Shown: positions 45,100 through 55,539, counted from the first letter of the stretch. The stretch is 64,000 nucleotides of DNA from a virus (IMGVR_UViG_3300021387_000272:17374-81373), one strand, 5' to 3'. The notes: generated by a model from the letters alone, not told the origin. Made by a program: numbers and translations.

Positions 45100-47153
45100 T
45101 GGTCTGGCAGGCTTCCATCCTTATTTCTGGATATATCTGCATCAAGTTTACACTTAGTGCAGAATATTTTACCAGCTTCAACCATACAGGTATAAACTAC
45201 CTTAGCTATTTTCTCTGCCATCTCTTCAGGAGCTTCCAGATTAATTTCATCATAGGGAGCCACACATATCTTAACTATTCCCTGAAGATTATGCATGGTA
45301 ATATACTTCCAAAGATATATCATAGAATAACGGAGGCACATTGACCCTGTGGCTTGAATAGGATAGTTGATACTCTGCTTTTCAGAGGCAGACTTTCTTT
45401 TAAAGAAGTGCCTAACCATCTGAACAGTATCACAGTCAGGGTGATTTTTCTTCATCTCCCTATAGTAATCCCAGAATCCATCCTCAGACATTCTGCGTTT
45501 TTCTGATAAGAGTTCTTCATAGTCATAAATAAACGCCTTGTGCCCAGTGAGAGGATTTAATAAGATATAACCTTTCTCAAACCAATCCTTGCGTCTGAAA
45601 TCCTGATATCTCTTAAGACCATTGAAACCACTCATATAGTTATTATAAACCTTCTGAGCTTCTTCCAATGGAATACCTTTATTCTGATGAATGGTATTTG
45701 CATCACCACCGTAATTAATGGAAAATTCTATACCTTTGGCTTCCTGTCTATAATCAAGACCTCCATTCTTATGAGACTTCTTGGAGAAATCCTTGATTTC
45801 AGAAATAGGCATATCTCTAGGTATCTCAGGATAAGCCATGTAAGCAGTCAAGCTGTGGATATCTCCAGACCCCTCAGTAAGCTCCTTGATAATGGCTTCA
45901 TCATTCGCAATAGAAGCCATAAGATAAGTTTCTTGGCCTGAATAGTCAATAGAAATCCACTTATTACCCTCCTCAGCTACGAAGCAGGCTCTAGTTACCT
46001 CATCAGAGGGAAGATTAAGTAGGTTGACATATTCTGTCTTACTACTTTTATCCTTACCTCCAGAAGTAATTCTAGTGGTATCTGCACCCATCTGAGAATA
46101 GCTTGTATGAATCCTGCCACTTACAGGATTAATCTGGTCTAGGAAATTCTGTCCATAAGTACCCACCACTTTGGCAGCTGCCTTATAGTTAAGATAAATA
46201 GGAGCAATACTACTAAGTCCCTTCTGAGGTTCTATAATCTTAGCATCAACACTGTCTTTCTCTTGTCCTGTAGCTTTATCCTTGGTCTTTAAATTAAAAC
46301 CAAGCTCTTTAAATAGAGGTATTACTTGCTTAGGACTTGCCCAGTTAATAGTACACTTAGGAGTAGTATCAAAGCCTTCCCATAAATCACCCTGAAGATT
46401 TATCCTGGTGAACCTGGTGTCCTTAGGATAGTGCTTACATACCCACTCATTCAAGGCATTGATTGTATTGTTGTATTCCTTCTCATCATTCTGCATCTTA
46501 GCTTTCCATTTATCAACATCCAGCTTGATGCCACAATGTTCCATATAAGCAAGGGGAAGCACAAACTTGTTCTCAACCTTTATGGCATTTGTAAGGCCCT
46601 TCTTCTGAAGTTCCTTATATTGCTCTCTTATAATATCCTCCAGATACTTCACATCATTGGCTCCATACTGAATAACATCAGCATTAAGACCTAAGTAATG
46701 AATCTTACCTCTAGTAGTCTTGTCCAGCTCTACTCCTACATAAGTTTCACCTGCTGTCTTTAGAGATAAACTATGAATTCCTGAAGGATATCCTAGCCAC
46801 AAAAGTTTCTCTGCTAAATAGCCATCATATACCTTTTTAGGATATATACCATGTTTATAAAGAAATCTCAAGTCAAACTTAAGATTCCATCCAAGGAATG
46901 TTCTGTCTGACTCAAGATATTCTTTATATAAGGCTACATCTACTGTAGAGGTGTCAATGACTACTTGAAAGTCTCTGTTACCTAATTGAAGAGAAAGAAG
47001 TTTTTTAGTATAAGGGTCAAAGCCTTCAGTCTCAGTATCCAGACCAACTATATTTATAGTGTCTAATATCTTAAGGGACTCTTCAACCGAGATACACTTA
47101 TATACTTCATTCTCTTCAAAGATTTCAGAGGCACGACTAACAAAGTAAATCAT
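45087..47153 (-). CDS. polA: DNA polymerase family A with a 3'-5' exonuclease domain
   Basis: Exo I GLDTETEG; Exo II GWNLKFD; motif A SIDYSGQE; motif B RQEAKGIEFSINYG; motif C PYDEI; no 5'-3' exonuclease. Confidence 0.93.
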   Translation of the reverse strand: MIYFVSRASEIFEENEVYKCISVEESLKILDTINIVGLDTETEGFDPYTKKLLSLQLGNRDFQVVIDTSTVDVALYKEYLESDRTFLGWNLKFDLRFLYKHGIYPKKVYDGYLAEKLLWLGYPSGIHSLSLKTAGETYVGVELDKTTRGKIHYLGLNADVIQYGANDVKYLEDIIREQYKELQKKGLTNAIKVENKFVLPLAYMEHCGIKLDVDKWKAKMQNDEKEYNNTINALNEWVCKHYPKDTRFTRINLQGDLWEGFDTTPKCTINWASPKQVIPLFKELGFNLKTKDKATGQEKDSVDAKIIEPQKGLSSIAPIYLNYKAAAKVVGTYGQNFLDQINPVSGRIHTSYSQMGADTTRITSGGKDKSSKTEYVNLLNLPSDEVTRACFVAEEGNKWISIDYSGQETYLMASIANDEAIIKELTEGSGDIHSLTAYMAYPEIPRDMPISEIKDFSKKSHKNGGLDYRQEAKGIEFSINYGGDANTIHQNKGIPLEEAQKVYNNYMSGFNGLKRYQDFRRKDWFEKGYILLNPLTGHKAFIYDYEELLSEKRRMSEDGFWDYYREMKKNHPDCDTVQMVRHFFKRKSASEKQSINYPIQATGSMCLRYSMIYLWKYITMHNLQGIVKICVAPYDEINLEAPEEMAEKIAKVVYTCMVEAGKIFCTKCKLDADISRNKDGSLPDHWIH

Positions 47154-47431
47154 ACTCTCTTAAACTTTAATACAAATCCTCCAGCCTTCTTACTGTGGAA
47201 AATCTCTATCAGTTCTAAGTCATTTACCCTATAACCTATCTTCATCATAGGACCTCCTGAGGGGTCAATCCAAGTAATTTTGTCAGAGTCCTCTGCATCT
47301 ACTCCACACCTAAGTGCATTAGAATATGGAGTGATTAGTTTATACTGAACAAATTCCTTATCTGAAGAAATAAGTATCAAGGTATTTTTACTAGTAGAAT
47401 GTCCCAATAATGTAATAATAGGCTTTTCCAT
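47150..47431 (-). CDS. Hypothetical protein
   Basis: Likely start MEKPII at 47431, right after the upstream stop; WIDPSGGPM motif. Confidence 0.55.
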   Translation of the reverse strand: MEKPIITLLGHSTSKNTLILISSDKEFVQYKLITPYSNALRCGVDAEDSDKITWIDPSGGPMMKIGYRVNDLELIEIFHSKKAGGFVLKFKRV

Positions 47432-47432
47432 A

Positions 47433-47879
47433 TTATTGTTTGTTGATATATGCAACCATATCATCAAAGTCTAAAACACATCTGTATTTCTCAAGGAAGT
47501 CTGAGCCTAACATGCCATGAATCCTAATACCATACTCCTCTTTCACCATGTCTAGCGCATTACCTAAGTTATGTGCTACAATGTCAAAAGAGAATTCAGT
47601 ATCTCGGTACTTAAAGTTCATGTGAATCTTAGAAGACTTGTCTACATCACCTGTTATACCATATATCTGAACATTAGCATTTACTGGTTCATGTGGTAAA
47701 TTCAGTAATTGAACAACTCTAGAATCAATGAAGCTTTTCATACCTCCTGAATCAAGCATAAAGTTAATATCTTCGTCACCTACTTTAAAAGTGACAATGG
47801 GCAGGCCACAGGCTTCCATAGACTCATGGAATGGAATAGACTCTGCAGATTCTATTTTCTCATTTTGTTTCTTGTTCAT
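47433..47879 (-). CDS. Retropepsin-like aspartic protease
   Basis: FMLDSGG catalytic motif; GITG flap; HGMLGSDFL. Confidence 0.8.
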   Translation of the reverse strand: MNKKQNEKIESAESIPFHESMEACGLPIVTFKVGDEDINFMLDSGGMKSFIDSRVVQLLNLPHEPVNANVQIYGITGDVDKSSKIHMNFKYRDTEFSFDIVAHNLGNALDMVKEEYGIRIHGMLGSDFLEKYRCVLDFDDMVAYINKQ

Positions 47880-48378
47880 CCTTTACTAAGTTTTTAGGGT
47901 TATTTTCGGTAGTACCGAATCCGCCCCTACTAACTTCTTCAAGGTCATCAACATATTCAAATTTATATCCACTGGTGAATAGCCACTTAAGCTTCTGCCA
48001 CACAGTAGCACGTTGGGACAGACAAATTTCAAATTGACAAATTCTAGTACCAGCAGGTACTCTCACTTGCTTGGTGCCTCCCTTGCATACTTTGGCACTA
48101 TATCTCCAGATATCATTTCTTCCTTGATATGACCAATCAATGTAGCCTACGGAATGGGCTAGATGTACACCCACTTTTCTGGGAGTAGAGCTGCGGTCAT
48201 AAATCTTAGCCACACATCCCTTAGGAAGTCTCATAGCTAAGCCAAGAGAAATGAGTGTAGGAGTACCTGCCTTTACAATGGCATCTTCACAAGTAAACAA
48301 ATCAAAGCAGTCGCCATTATCCTTAATGGCAATCTGAGCATACTTACTGTACAATAAAACCTTTACTGTTCTTTTCAT
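47860..48378 (-). CDS. dut: Trimeric dUTPase
   Basis: Motifs CFDL, RSSTP, GYIDWSYQG, GTRICQ, SRGGFGTT. Confidence 0.88.
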   Translation of the reverse strand: MKRTVKVLLYSKYAQIAIKDNGDCFDLFTCEDAIVKAGTPTLISLGLAMRLPKGCVAKIYDRSSTPRKVGVHLAHSVGYIDWSYQGRNDIWRYSAKVCKGGTKQVRVPAGTRICQFEICLSQRATVWQKLKWLFTSGYKFEYVDDLEEVSRGGFGTTENNPKNLVKDEQETK

Positions 48379-49490
48379 TAGATGTAATCTGTTAAAAATG
48401 ATACTATATCGTTTGACTTTTGCATTTCTCTAGGAACTTTACATTCGGGATTACTTAAATAATAGGAAAGCTCTTCTCCAATGACATAGGGGTCTCTAAA
48501 CAGATATACTCCATTTCTTATGGTTTCCATTCTTAGTAACCCTTCAGCCTCAGTCAGAGAGAAATCCCATACCTGTGGCTGTAAAGTAACTCTATTAACC
48601 ACAATGAATTTGTAGGGAAGTAATGTAAACTCCTTAAAGTAATCATCCTTCTCTATATTCTGCTTAATATTACGCCAATAAAGCCTTGCTTGGATATCAT
48701 ACCTCCAATCTACAAAAGACTTATGAAATTCCCATTCTTTATGAGAAGAAGTCTTTAGGTCAACAGGCTGTATAGTCTTGGTATTGTAGTTCACAACTAT
48801 CAAATCAGCCATATTACGATACATAATATGAGTATTGGGGTCTTCTCCTTTGAACTTTAATTGATAAAGCCTCTCTATGCCATCATTTTCTGTGTTATTG
48901 GGAGCAAAGTAAAAGGCAGTATTATCGGAAGTTCTGAGGGCTTCTATGGCAGCATAGGCATCATCAACATCTTTCTGATTGACTACCTCTTTATCATCTG
49001 CCAAGACAAGGAGTTTATAATACTCACTTATACCACCTTCCTTAATCTTCTTAGCACGAACATTATCCCACTTAGGATTCTCCCAAAAACCACACTGCTT
49101 ACCTACTTCTGAAATAACAGTGTCAGGCATATCCTCTATAGTAGCATAGAACTGAGGCTCACCAAACAACTCGTCTTCTTCAGTAGCTCTGCCATACTTG
49201 GCAAATAAGTGCTCTGCAATCAGAATAATGCTATCACTTAGCTTAGGAAATTCTGCTACTAAGAACTGGTTAGCAAAATCTTCCTCACTTCCTGTAAGGA
49301 GACAGTCTACTAATGAACCAAAGGTAAGTGAAGGAGAGCTGTCTTTATCAAATAGAGTAGGTAGGGCATTAAATCTTCCCTTACGTTCAAACTTAGCAAG
49401 TGTAGAATAGCTAAGAGCAGGGTCTGCCCTGTACTCTCGCTCGGTTACTTGCCATGATATATCATATAAAGATTTTCTTTCAGTTGCCAT
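48378..49490 (-). CDS. PD-(D/E)XK exonuclease (RecB/Cas4-like, RecE-type)
   Basis: LSYSTL, FGSLVDCL, ADLIVV...VDLKT, YDIQARLY. Confidence 0.75.
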   Translation of the reverse strand: MATERKSLYDISWQVTEREYRADPALSYSTLAKFERKGRFNALPTLFDKDSSPSLTFGSLVDCLLTGSEEDFANQFLVAEFPKLSDSIILIAEHLFAKYGRATEEDELFGEPQFYATIEDMPDTVISEVGKQCGFWENPKWDNVRAKKIKEGGISEYYKLLVLADDKEVVNQKDVDDAYAAIEALRTSDNTAFYFAPNNTENDGIERLYQLKFKGEDPNTHIMYRNMADLIVVNYNTKTIQPVDLKTSSHKEWEFHKSFVDWRYDIQARLYWRNIKQNIEKDDYFKEFTLLPYKFIVVNRVTLQPQVWDFSLTEAEGLLRMETIRNGVYLFRDPYVIGEELSYYLSNPECKVPREMQKSNDIVSFLTDYI

Positions 49491-49725
49491 GATTGTTTAC
49501 TATTTTAAAGTCAATATCTTCTCCACATTCGTCAAGCCAAGTTTCAAGTGCTGCGCTAAAGATAACACAAGCATGCTTAAACTTAACTAAACGTATTATA
49601 GCAGTGTTCAAGGGAGCTTTACCCTCTATCATAACAGCCATAGCTGTAGTAGCTGACTTGCTTAGGTCATTTACTGCACTCAATAAGCTTTTCAACAACT
49701 CAGTAGCTTCTTCATTCTCATTCAT
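49480..49725 (-). CDS. Hypothetical protein
   Basis: 81-aa helical ORF, overlapping packing. Confidence 0.5.
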   Translation of the reverse strand: MNENEEATELLKSLLSAVNDLSKSATTAMAVMIEGKAPLNTAIIRLVKFKHACVIFSAALETWLDECGEDIDFKIVNNHGN

Positions 49726-50297
49726 ATATTAATCTTTTCAAGTTTCCAATTATAACCAAAAACATACTCTGTTTTCCCAGTCAGAGACCTCATAATAGCT
49801 CCTAAGGGCTTACCTTTCAAGTTAAGGTCAGCTAAGGCTTCCTCTACCGAATCATACAACTTGGAAAACCCTTCCCCTTTCTTTTTCCTCCTCTTGGAGG
49901 TAACACGTATGGCACACCCTAGCATACTCCAATGAGGGTCCAAAGCTTTTAGAAGGGCTTTCCTGCTATCATGAATTTGGTAAAAAAGTAAATCAGGTTC
50001 ATTCTCCACAAGATATTTGAACACAAGTTTTCTCTTCTGAAGCCACTCAGGAGTTTCAAAGCCTTTACACTCAAGGATGATGTTTCCTACCCAGAAATCT
50101 GGAGTATAGTAAATAGCTCTTACCTTGTCCTTCTGAAATGGGCATCTAAATCCCTCAAGAACTGTAAACCGTCTTTCTTCGTACCTGATGGGTAACCCCA
50201 TACAATCCAACGCTTCAGCGGTTTCAGCCTCCAAGGTACTCTTGTACTGGACTCCTTTATATTCCTTCGGGTGGACATTCTGAATTCTGGTATTCAT
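49722..50297 (-). CDS. T7 endonuclease I-like PD-(D/E)XK nuclease with a C-terminal NUMOD1-like DNA-binding domain
   Basis: YKSTLEA, YTPDFWV...LECKGF; C-terminal LYDSVEEA...GYNWK. Confidence 0.7.
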   Translation of the reverse strand: MNTRIQNVHPKEYKGVQYKSTLEAETAEALDCMGLPIRYEERRFTVLEGFRCPFQKDKVRAIYYTPDFWVGNIILECKGFETPEWLQKRKLVFKYLVENEPDLLFYQIHDSRKALLKALDPHWSMLGCAIRVTSKRRKKKGEGFSKLYDSVEEALADLNLKGKPLGAIMRSLTGKTEYVFGYNWKLEKINI

Positions 50298-50952
50298 GAT
50301 TGATGAAATTTATCTTATCTCCATTGAGACTGTAGAGGGTATTATTAGCTTCCTCTAATATATTTGGCATAGGTATCTGCTTTCTACAATAATATGCAGG
50401 ATGCTCACAAGTTAGCACATGGTTAGTTGAAGCATTAATATATTCTGCCAATTCTTTTGCCTGGGTACCCATTAGCACATACACCATTCCAGTTCTCTTC
50501 TCTGACAAGTTCCTAAATAAACTTACCATAAATTGCCTCCAATAGAGATAATGAGATAGAGGCCTGTTTGGTGCTACTGTAAGAGTGGCATTAAGGAGAA
50601 GTGCTCCTTGAGCAGCCCAGCTTTCCAAAGTTTGGTCAAAGGTAATACTTTTCCATGAGATTCTGTCTCTGGTAAGAGAATCTTTAACCTTTTCTAACGA
50701 AGGAGATAATTTATCCTCTGGAATACTTTTGGAATTAGCAAAAGCCAAGCCCGTAGCTCTGCCATTAGAGTACGGGTCCTGGCCAACTACAATAAGCCTA
50801 CAATTATCATAGTCACACAGATGAAATGCCCTAAAGACATTCTTCTTACTAGGGTAAATGACCTTCTGACCTTTTATAAAGTTGTATACTTTACTAAGCT
50901 CATTCTTGTCAATTACCTGCATCCATCTACCAAAATACTGGTCTGTAGTCAT
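50257..50952 (-). CDS. ung: Uracil-DNA glycosylase (family 1)
   Basis: GQDPY, GLAF, WAAQGALLLNATLTV, HPA motifs. Confidence 0.9.
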   Translation of the reverse strand: MTTDQYFGRWMQVIDKNELSKVYNFIKGQKVIYPSKKNVFRAFHLCDYDNCRLIVVGQDPYSNGRATGLAFANSKSIPEDKLSPSLEKVKDSLTRDRISWKSITFDQTLESWAAQGALLLNATLTVAPNRPLSHYLYWRQFMVSLFRNLSEKRTGMVYVLMGTQAKELAEYINASTNHVLTCEHPAYYCRKQIPMPNILEEANNTLYSLNGDKINFINHEYQNSECPPEGI

Positions 50953-51938
50953 TCTCTATCCTTCATGAATTGTCTGGCTATATTAAGCACCTTTTCAGAT
51001 ACTGTCCTACTATCCTGACGGTCTTTAGGAATAGGAATAGAATAAGCAGCCACCTCCTCAGTAGCAGTCACACCATCATAAAGAATGGTTGGAACAAAGG
51101 GTTCTTCAAAACCAGAGTCTGTCCTAAATGGTATAATATGGTTGTTTTCATCCCACTCTGCTTCAGCAATAGGGAGATATGCACAACACCTAAGCTTACC
51201 ATAGTCATCATTGGCCATCCAAGGAACAGCAACTACATCAACAGGATTAACTAAGCATACCAATCCATAGTCTCCATAGTAATACCTGTTTAACCAACTG
51301 GTTCCTCCTATATGCAATCCTCTACTACAAGAAATGGAGCTATCACAGTCACACTTCTTTCTATCTAAGGTAACCATACGGCCAATCATAATTCTAGTAG
51401 TTCCAGAATGATGGTCAGTATAAATAGTTCCCTCATATTTATTACCTTTTCTATAGAGGTCTGCATTACGATAGCCTACAAATAAGCCAGACTTGGTGAT
51501 GCACATACCCCACTTCTCTAGGAATTTAAAGAGATTCTGCCTAACTTCTGGGTCTGGATTAAGAGACAAGAGAGTCCAGAAATTTCTATAGGCATTAAGC
51601 TTAGCCTCGTCTTTATTCTTCTCTGCCTTCATTATCTTCTCAGCAAAGCTCATAGGCAAAGAGAGTTCAGATACAGACTTCCAATATACAGAGTCTCCTT
51701 CTTTAGTGAGTTCAGAGGTTTCCTTAATATCCTGCCAGAATCTGATGAGGCGGGTATTATTAATACCAGCAGTCTCATTCTGCTCAGGAATAAGAAGATT
51801 AATTAAGTCAAACTCATTATCTTCTTCTCTAAGAGCTTTGACTTGCTCAAACATTTCGTCAGTACATTGGCTAGTCTGAATAATTCGTCCTTCAGATAGC
51901 ACTACTGTAAGACTGTTTTTACATCGGATGATTCTCAT
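50949..51938 (-). CDS. rIIB: rIIB-like protein
   Basis: NPDP.V..NLF.FL, ITKSG.FVGYR, DHHSG, CS.GLH, VNP.DVV.VP, GKLRCC.Y; directly downstream of rIIA. Confidence 0.8.
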   Translation of the reverse strand: MRIIRCKNSLTVVLSEGRIIQTSQCTDEMFEQVKALREEDNEFDLINLLIPEQNETAGINNTRLIRFWQDIKETSELTKEGDSVYWKSVSELSLPMSFAEKIMKAEKNKDEAKLNAYRNFWTLLSLNPDPEVRQNLFKFLEKWGMCITKSGLFVGYRNADLYRKGNKYEGTIYTDHHSGTTRIMIGRMVTLDRKKCDCDSSISCSRGLHIGGTSWLNRYYYGDYGLVCLVNPVDVVAVPWMANDDYGKLRCCAYLPIAEAEWDENNHIIPFRTDSGFEEPFVPTILYDGVTATEEVAAYSIPIPKDRQDSRTVSEKVLNIARQFMKDRE

Positions 51939-54160
51939 AATGAATTTATTAATAGATTAACACGTTCTTTCATGCTCTTGTAGTACTCAAAGCTTAGTCT
52001 TAGTTTTTTAGCTTTCATAAGTACATAATACTTAAGCTCCTGCCACCCTCCATAGGATGATACACTAAAGAGCTTGTGTGAAAGTTTCAGATAAGGAAGA
52101 AGCTCATTGAATTCTCCAAGTGCATAGAGGTCATAGGTTCCCTCTGGGACAACATCAAGAATACTATCTTGGCAATTTCCTAGAGCATACTTATTCCTGT
52201 ACTTATTTAGCCAAGACATCCTAGGCTGCAATGAAGGAGGCATTACCGAGTAATACTCAAAGGATACATCTTCCTGTTCCCACATCCATTGTGCAGTCTT
52301 ATACCTAATCAGTACTTTGTTATCAGCAGTATAAAGGTCTTCAATAGGCTTTACCCATTCAGGCAATCCCTCTTCCAAATACTTCATATTATTCTTAGCT
52401 GCACTAAGTATAATAAGATTAGGATATCTCATATTATTAAAGGCTTCTAAGAAAGGATTATCCAAAGAAGAATATACAATACGCTTATGCTTATCCCAAC
52501 TCTTCCTAATATAAGGAATAATTTCAGCAAGAGTCATAGTAATCTTCTGTGAAACACTTTGTGTATTAGTGATAGTGAAAGTTATCTTGCCTGTATGCCT
52601 TGCTATATTTGCCTTCGGGTCTTGATGCTCCTTTTTATATTTTATATATTCAGGAGAACTCATGATATCCATATAAGTAACCCTTGAGGCAACTGCTTTA
52701 TAGCACTCTTTGAGAACTCCCACCATAAAGCCTAAGTTAGGGTCTGAAAAAGCAGTTACTCCCCACAATTTCTTTATGAAGGAATGAAGCTCATGAATAG
52801 AAACCTTTTGTTTACGAGCAAATAGTATTATCTTATCAGGAAACTTAAGTCCCAAGAAATCCTTAAAGTACTTACCGCTGAAACCACTCTTAGAAGGAAC
52901 TACTAGAACCATCCTGCCTGCTTTGGCTATGTCATATACCCAGTCTTCAAGAAAACGACTCATCCACACATGGGTATCCTTTCTTCCTTGATATAGGGTA
53001 CCATCTTCAAGTTGTCCAAGACACTCGCAAGACATATTCATTAGGGTACTGACAATACGTTTCTTTTCCTCAGGCTCCACTTTGTCCCACTCAGGATGAC
53101 TCTTAAGCTTAGCGTTGAAAGGTAATCTAGAGGATATACTCAGAGTAATTCCTCCAAGCTCCAGTTCATTCCTTCTCCACTTAGTTATCTCATGAGCCCA
53201 TAGGAAAAAGTCTTCATACTCTTCTGCACACTTTTCATTCCAATACTTTGTAATTTCAAGTATACAGTTATCATACACCTCTCTCAGCTTGGCCTTTGTT
53301 CTGTCTGAGTAAATCAGACTTTCTCTATTTGGAGTAATATCTACGTCACCAATGTTGATACATGGATATATATCCACCATAGTATCTTTCCAAGACCTAT
53401 GCCAATCATCAGAATAATCCCATAATCCCAAATAATCAACAGCATAGGGAATCTTACCTAAGAGTATTTCAGTTTTATCATTTCTTGAACGCAGCTCATA
53501 GGAAATGGTCTTGAAATAGTCAAAGCTATGTACCTTACGCTTGTTAAACTCCGAAATAGTGTAGGAATTATCATAGTCTCCATCACACTCTACATAGACA
53601 TTACCTATAAAGCTGAGACAGTCCAAATCTTTGGCATTGAACTTCTCAAGAGGAATTTTTACCTCTACTCCATTAGGTTCCGTAGTATCAAGCTCATAGA
53701 TTTTATCAATATGAAGCTGGTCAATATCCATATTCATTACATAATAGTATGCCTTACCATTATAAAATGAAGTAATATTAGCCAGTTTACTTACTGAAAG
53801 GCAAGAAAATCTGCCTATACCAAATGAACCTATATAGTCATTAGATTCTCTTTTAGTTGAAGAGCCTATATTCAGATAAATATCTCTAAACCTCTCAGGG
53901 GAAATGCCTGTACCAAAATCACGAATAGCAATGTCATCCTTAGTCCTTGTTATAATGATGGGCTCATTTACTCCTGCCTCTACATGAGAATCAACTGCAT
54001 TTGATACAGTTTCCCTTAGGAAGGAAATCATAGGATAAGAATAGAGATTAGATGACAAGATAGTGACAATGTGATTAATGTTCTTTGCATCAATAGAGAC
54101 ACTATGCTTCTCAACTTCACCTAAGACAGCTACTTCACTTTCATCTCTTTTGTATATCAT
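51935..54160 (-). CDS. rIIA: rIIA-like protein (N-terminal GHKL/Hsp90-type ATPase)
   Basis: LYS...RETVSNAVDSH, IRDFGTGIS, SSTK.ESNDYIGSFGIGRFS. Confidence 0.85.
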   Translation of the reverse strand: MIYKRDESEVAVLGEVEKHSVSIDAKNINHIVTILSSNLYSYPMISFLRETVSNAVDSHVEAGVNEPIIITRTKDDIAIRDFGTGISPERFRDIYLNIGSSTKRESNDYIGSFGIGRFSCLSVSKLANITSFYNGKAYYYVMNMDIDQLHIDKIYELDTTEPNGVEVKIPLEKFNAKDLDCLSFIGNVYVECDGDYDNSYTISEFNKRKVHSFDYFKTISYELRSRNDKTEILLGKIPYAVDYLGLWDYSDDWHRSWKDTMVDIYPCINIGDVDITPNRESLIYSDRTKAKLREVYDNCILEITKYWNEKCAEEYEDFFLWAHEITKWRRNELELGGITLSISSRLPFNAKLKSHPEWDKVEPEEKKRIVSTLMNMSCECLGQLEDGTLYQGRKDTHVWMSRFLEDWVYDIAKAGRMVLVVPSKSGFSGKYFKDFLGLKFPDKIILFARKQKVSIHELHSFIKKLWGVTAFSDPNLGFMVGVLKECYKAVASRVTYMDIMSSPEYIKYKKEHQDPKANIARHTGKITFTITNTQSVSQKITMTLAEIIPYIRKSWDKHKRIVYSSLDNPFLEAFNNMRYPNLIILSAAKNNMKYLEEGLPEWVKPIEDLYTADNKVLIRYKTAQWMWEQEDVSFEYYSVMPPSLQPRMSWLNKYRNKYALGNCQDSILDVVPEGTYDLYALGEFNELLPYLKLSHKLFSVSSYGGWQELKYYVLMKAKKLRLSFEYYKSMKERVNLLINSL

Positions 54161-54190
54161 TACTTATATTATTTCTTTCCTTTGTTGAAT

Positions 54191-54240
54191 AAAAATTAAG
54201 GCAGAGAGGAAGATAATTTCCTCCCTCTCCACCATTGCCT
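54191..54240 (-). terminator. Intrinsic terminator (- strand)
   Basis: GGGAGGAA-ATTATC-TTCCTCTC stem extended by AGGCA/TGCCT, followed by TTAATTTTT. Confidence 0.6.
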
Positions 54241-54496
54241 ACAACTTCTTGAGTACATCATCAAGTGCTCCAGTATCCTTAAGCAGGCCCACAAACACAA
54301 TGCAGGCTGCCTCATAAGGATTAGTCACAACTTTGTCTTCCTCACTGAGGTCAACTACTTTATGCTGCTGAACGGAGTTAATAAGCTCACAAAGCTTATC
54401 TGTTGTCACTCTGGTGTAGTTATCACCGTAACGCTTTACTACCTCATCCTGAAGATTTAACTCCTTAATCTTCTGGTAAGCCTCTTTTCTGTTCAT
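54239..54496 (-). CDS. Hypothetical protein
   Basis: 85 aa; IKELNLQDEV...GDNYTRV pattern seen in crAss-like replication modules. Confidence 0.6.
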   Translation of the reverse strand: MNRKEAYQKIKELNLQDEVVKRYGDNYTRVTTDKLCELINSVQQHKVVDLSEEDKVVTNPYEAACIVFVGLLKDTGALDDVLKKL

Positions 54497-55518
54497 AATT
54501 TGTTTATTAATTGTTTAAACACTTTCAAGAAAATCTCCTTTCCATACTTCTTATATAAGTCGGAAGAATCTTTTGCTCGGTATTCCGTAGGTATTTCAAT
54601 CTGAGTAATGCCAAAAGCTGTTGCAATTGACTTAGCAGCTTCCCTGCCTGGGTTATCTCCAGTTCTTTCCTCATTCCTAAAGTCATTGTCATACAGTATA
54701 TAGACAGTCTTAAACCTATCCTTTAGTTGCTGCATAACCTGGGGTTTAATATTTGTGGTCTCACTCTGAAGACTCACTGAAGGAATTCCTGTGTTAGCCC
54801 AAATGCAAAGAGCATCCTTGCGTGAAGAGGTTATTATTAACTTCTCTCCTCTTGGAGGTAACTTTGTCCATAAATCCCACACGGATTTATCATGAGAATT
54901 TCTCCATTTAAATCCATTCTCATTGAAGGGTTGATATATTTTTTCAGTAGGTTTTCCATCCTTCATTTCAACGAAGGTATAGGCATATTTATCTGCCTTG
55001 GTAACTTTCTGCCAACCACTCTTAGTAATAGTAATGATGTGGGATATGGGATATGTACCACTATATTTTATCCAATTCCTTGGTATGCCATAGGATTCCC
55101 AATATTGGAAATCATATTCTTGCCATTTACGCTGCACACTTCTAACCTGTACAGGTAGTCTATGGGCAAGTGTATGCTCTGATATAGTATTGGATTTAAC
55201 CACAGTCATGTGGCAGGAGCTGATGTCTTTTATATGACTACTTACATCCCCCAGAGTCTCCGTAAAGCTCTTATTCAGCTTTTGGGAAAGCAAATCAAAT
55301 ATACCTCCCTTTACATCTTTCTTAGCAAAGTCATAGTATCTCACTCGCTTGCCATCAGGACTATATAACCAAAATGAAGGATGGTTATCTGTCCTAAGTG
55401 GAGAAGATATAATAACTGGCAGTTCCTTGATATCGAGGTAATATGCTGCAATCTGAGGTTCAGTAACTTGTTCTAATATGTAGTTCTTGTCTACATTACA
55501 TCTGCTCTTGCCTATCAT
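54493..55518 (-). CDS. DNA primase (DnaG-like, crAss type)
   Basis: SPLRTDNHPSF, YYDF; TOPRIM-like ITSSRKDAL and ILYDND. Confidence 0.8.
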   Translation of the reverse strand: MIGKSRCNVDKNYILEQVTEPQIAAYYLDIKELPVIISSPLRTDNHPSFWLYSPDGKRVRYYDFAKKDVKGGIFDLLSQKLNKSFTETLGDVSSHIKDISSCHMTVVKSNTISEHTLAHRLPVQVRSVQRKWQEYDFQYWESYGIPRNWIKYSGTYPISHIITITKSGWQKVTKADKYAYTFVEMKDGKPTEKIYQPFNENGFKWRNSHDKSVWDLWTKLPPRGEKLIITSSRKDALCIWANTGIPSVSLQSETTNIKPQVMQQLKDRFKTVYILYDNDFRNEERTGDNPGREAAKSIATAFGITQIEIPTEYRAKDSSDLYKKYGKEIFLKVFKQLINKL

Positions 55519-55539
55519 AACTGTTGTTTTTATAAAATA

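Noticed and set aside
45087-47153. Intein or intron in polA, the RNAP or the helicases (common in crAss-like phages)
   Set aside because: The ORFs are continuous, motif spacing is normal, and no intein ends (C...HN) or LAGLIDADG blocks were recognised.
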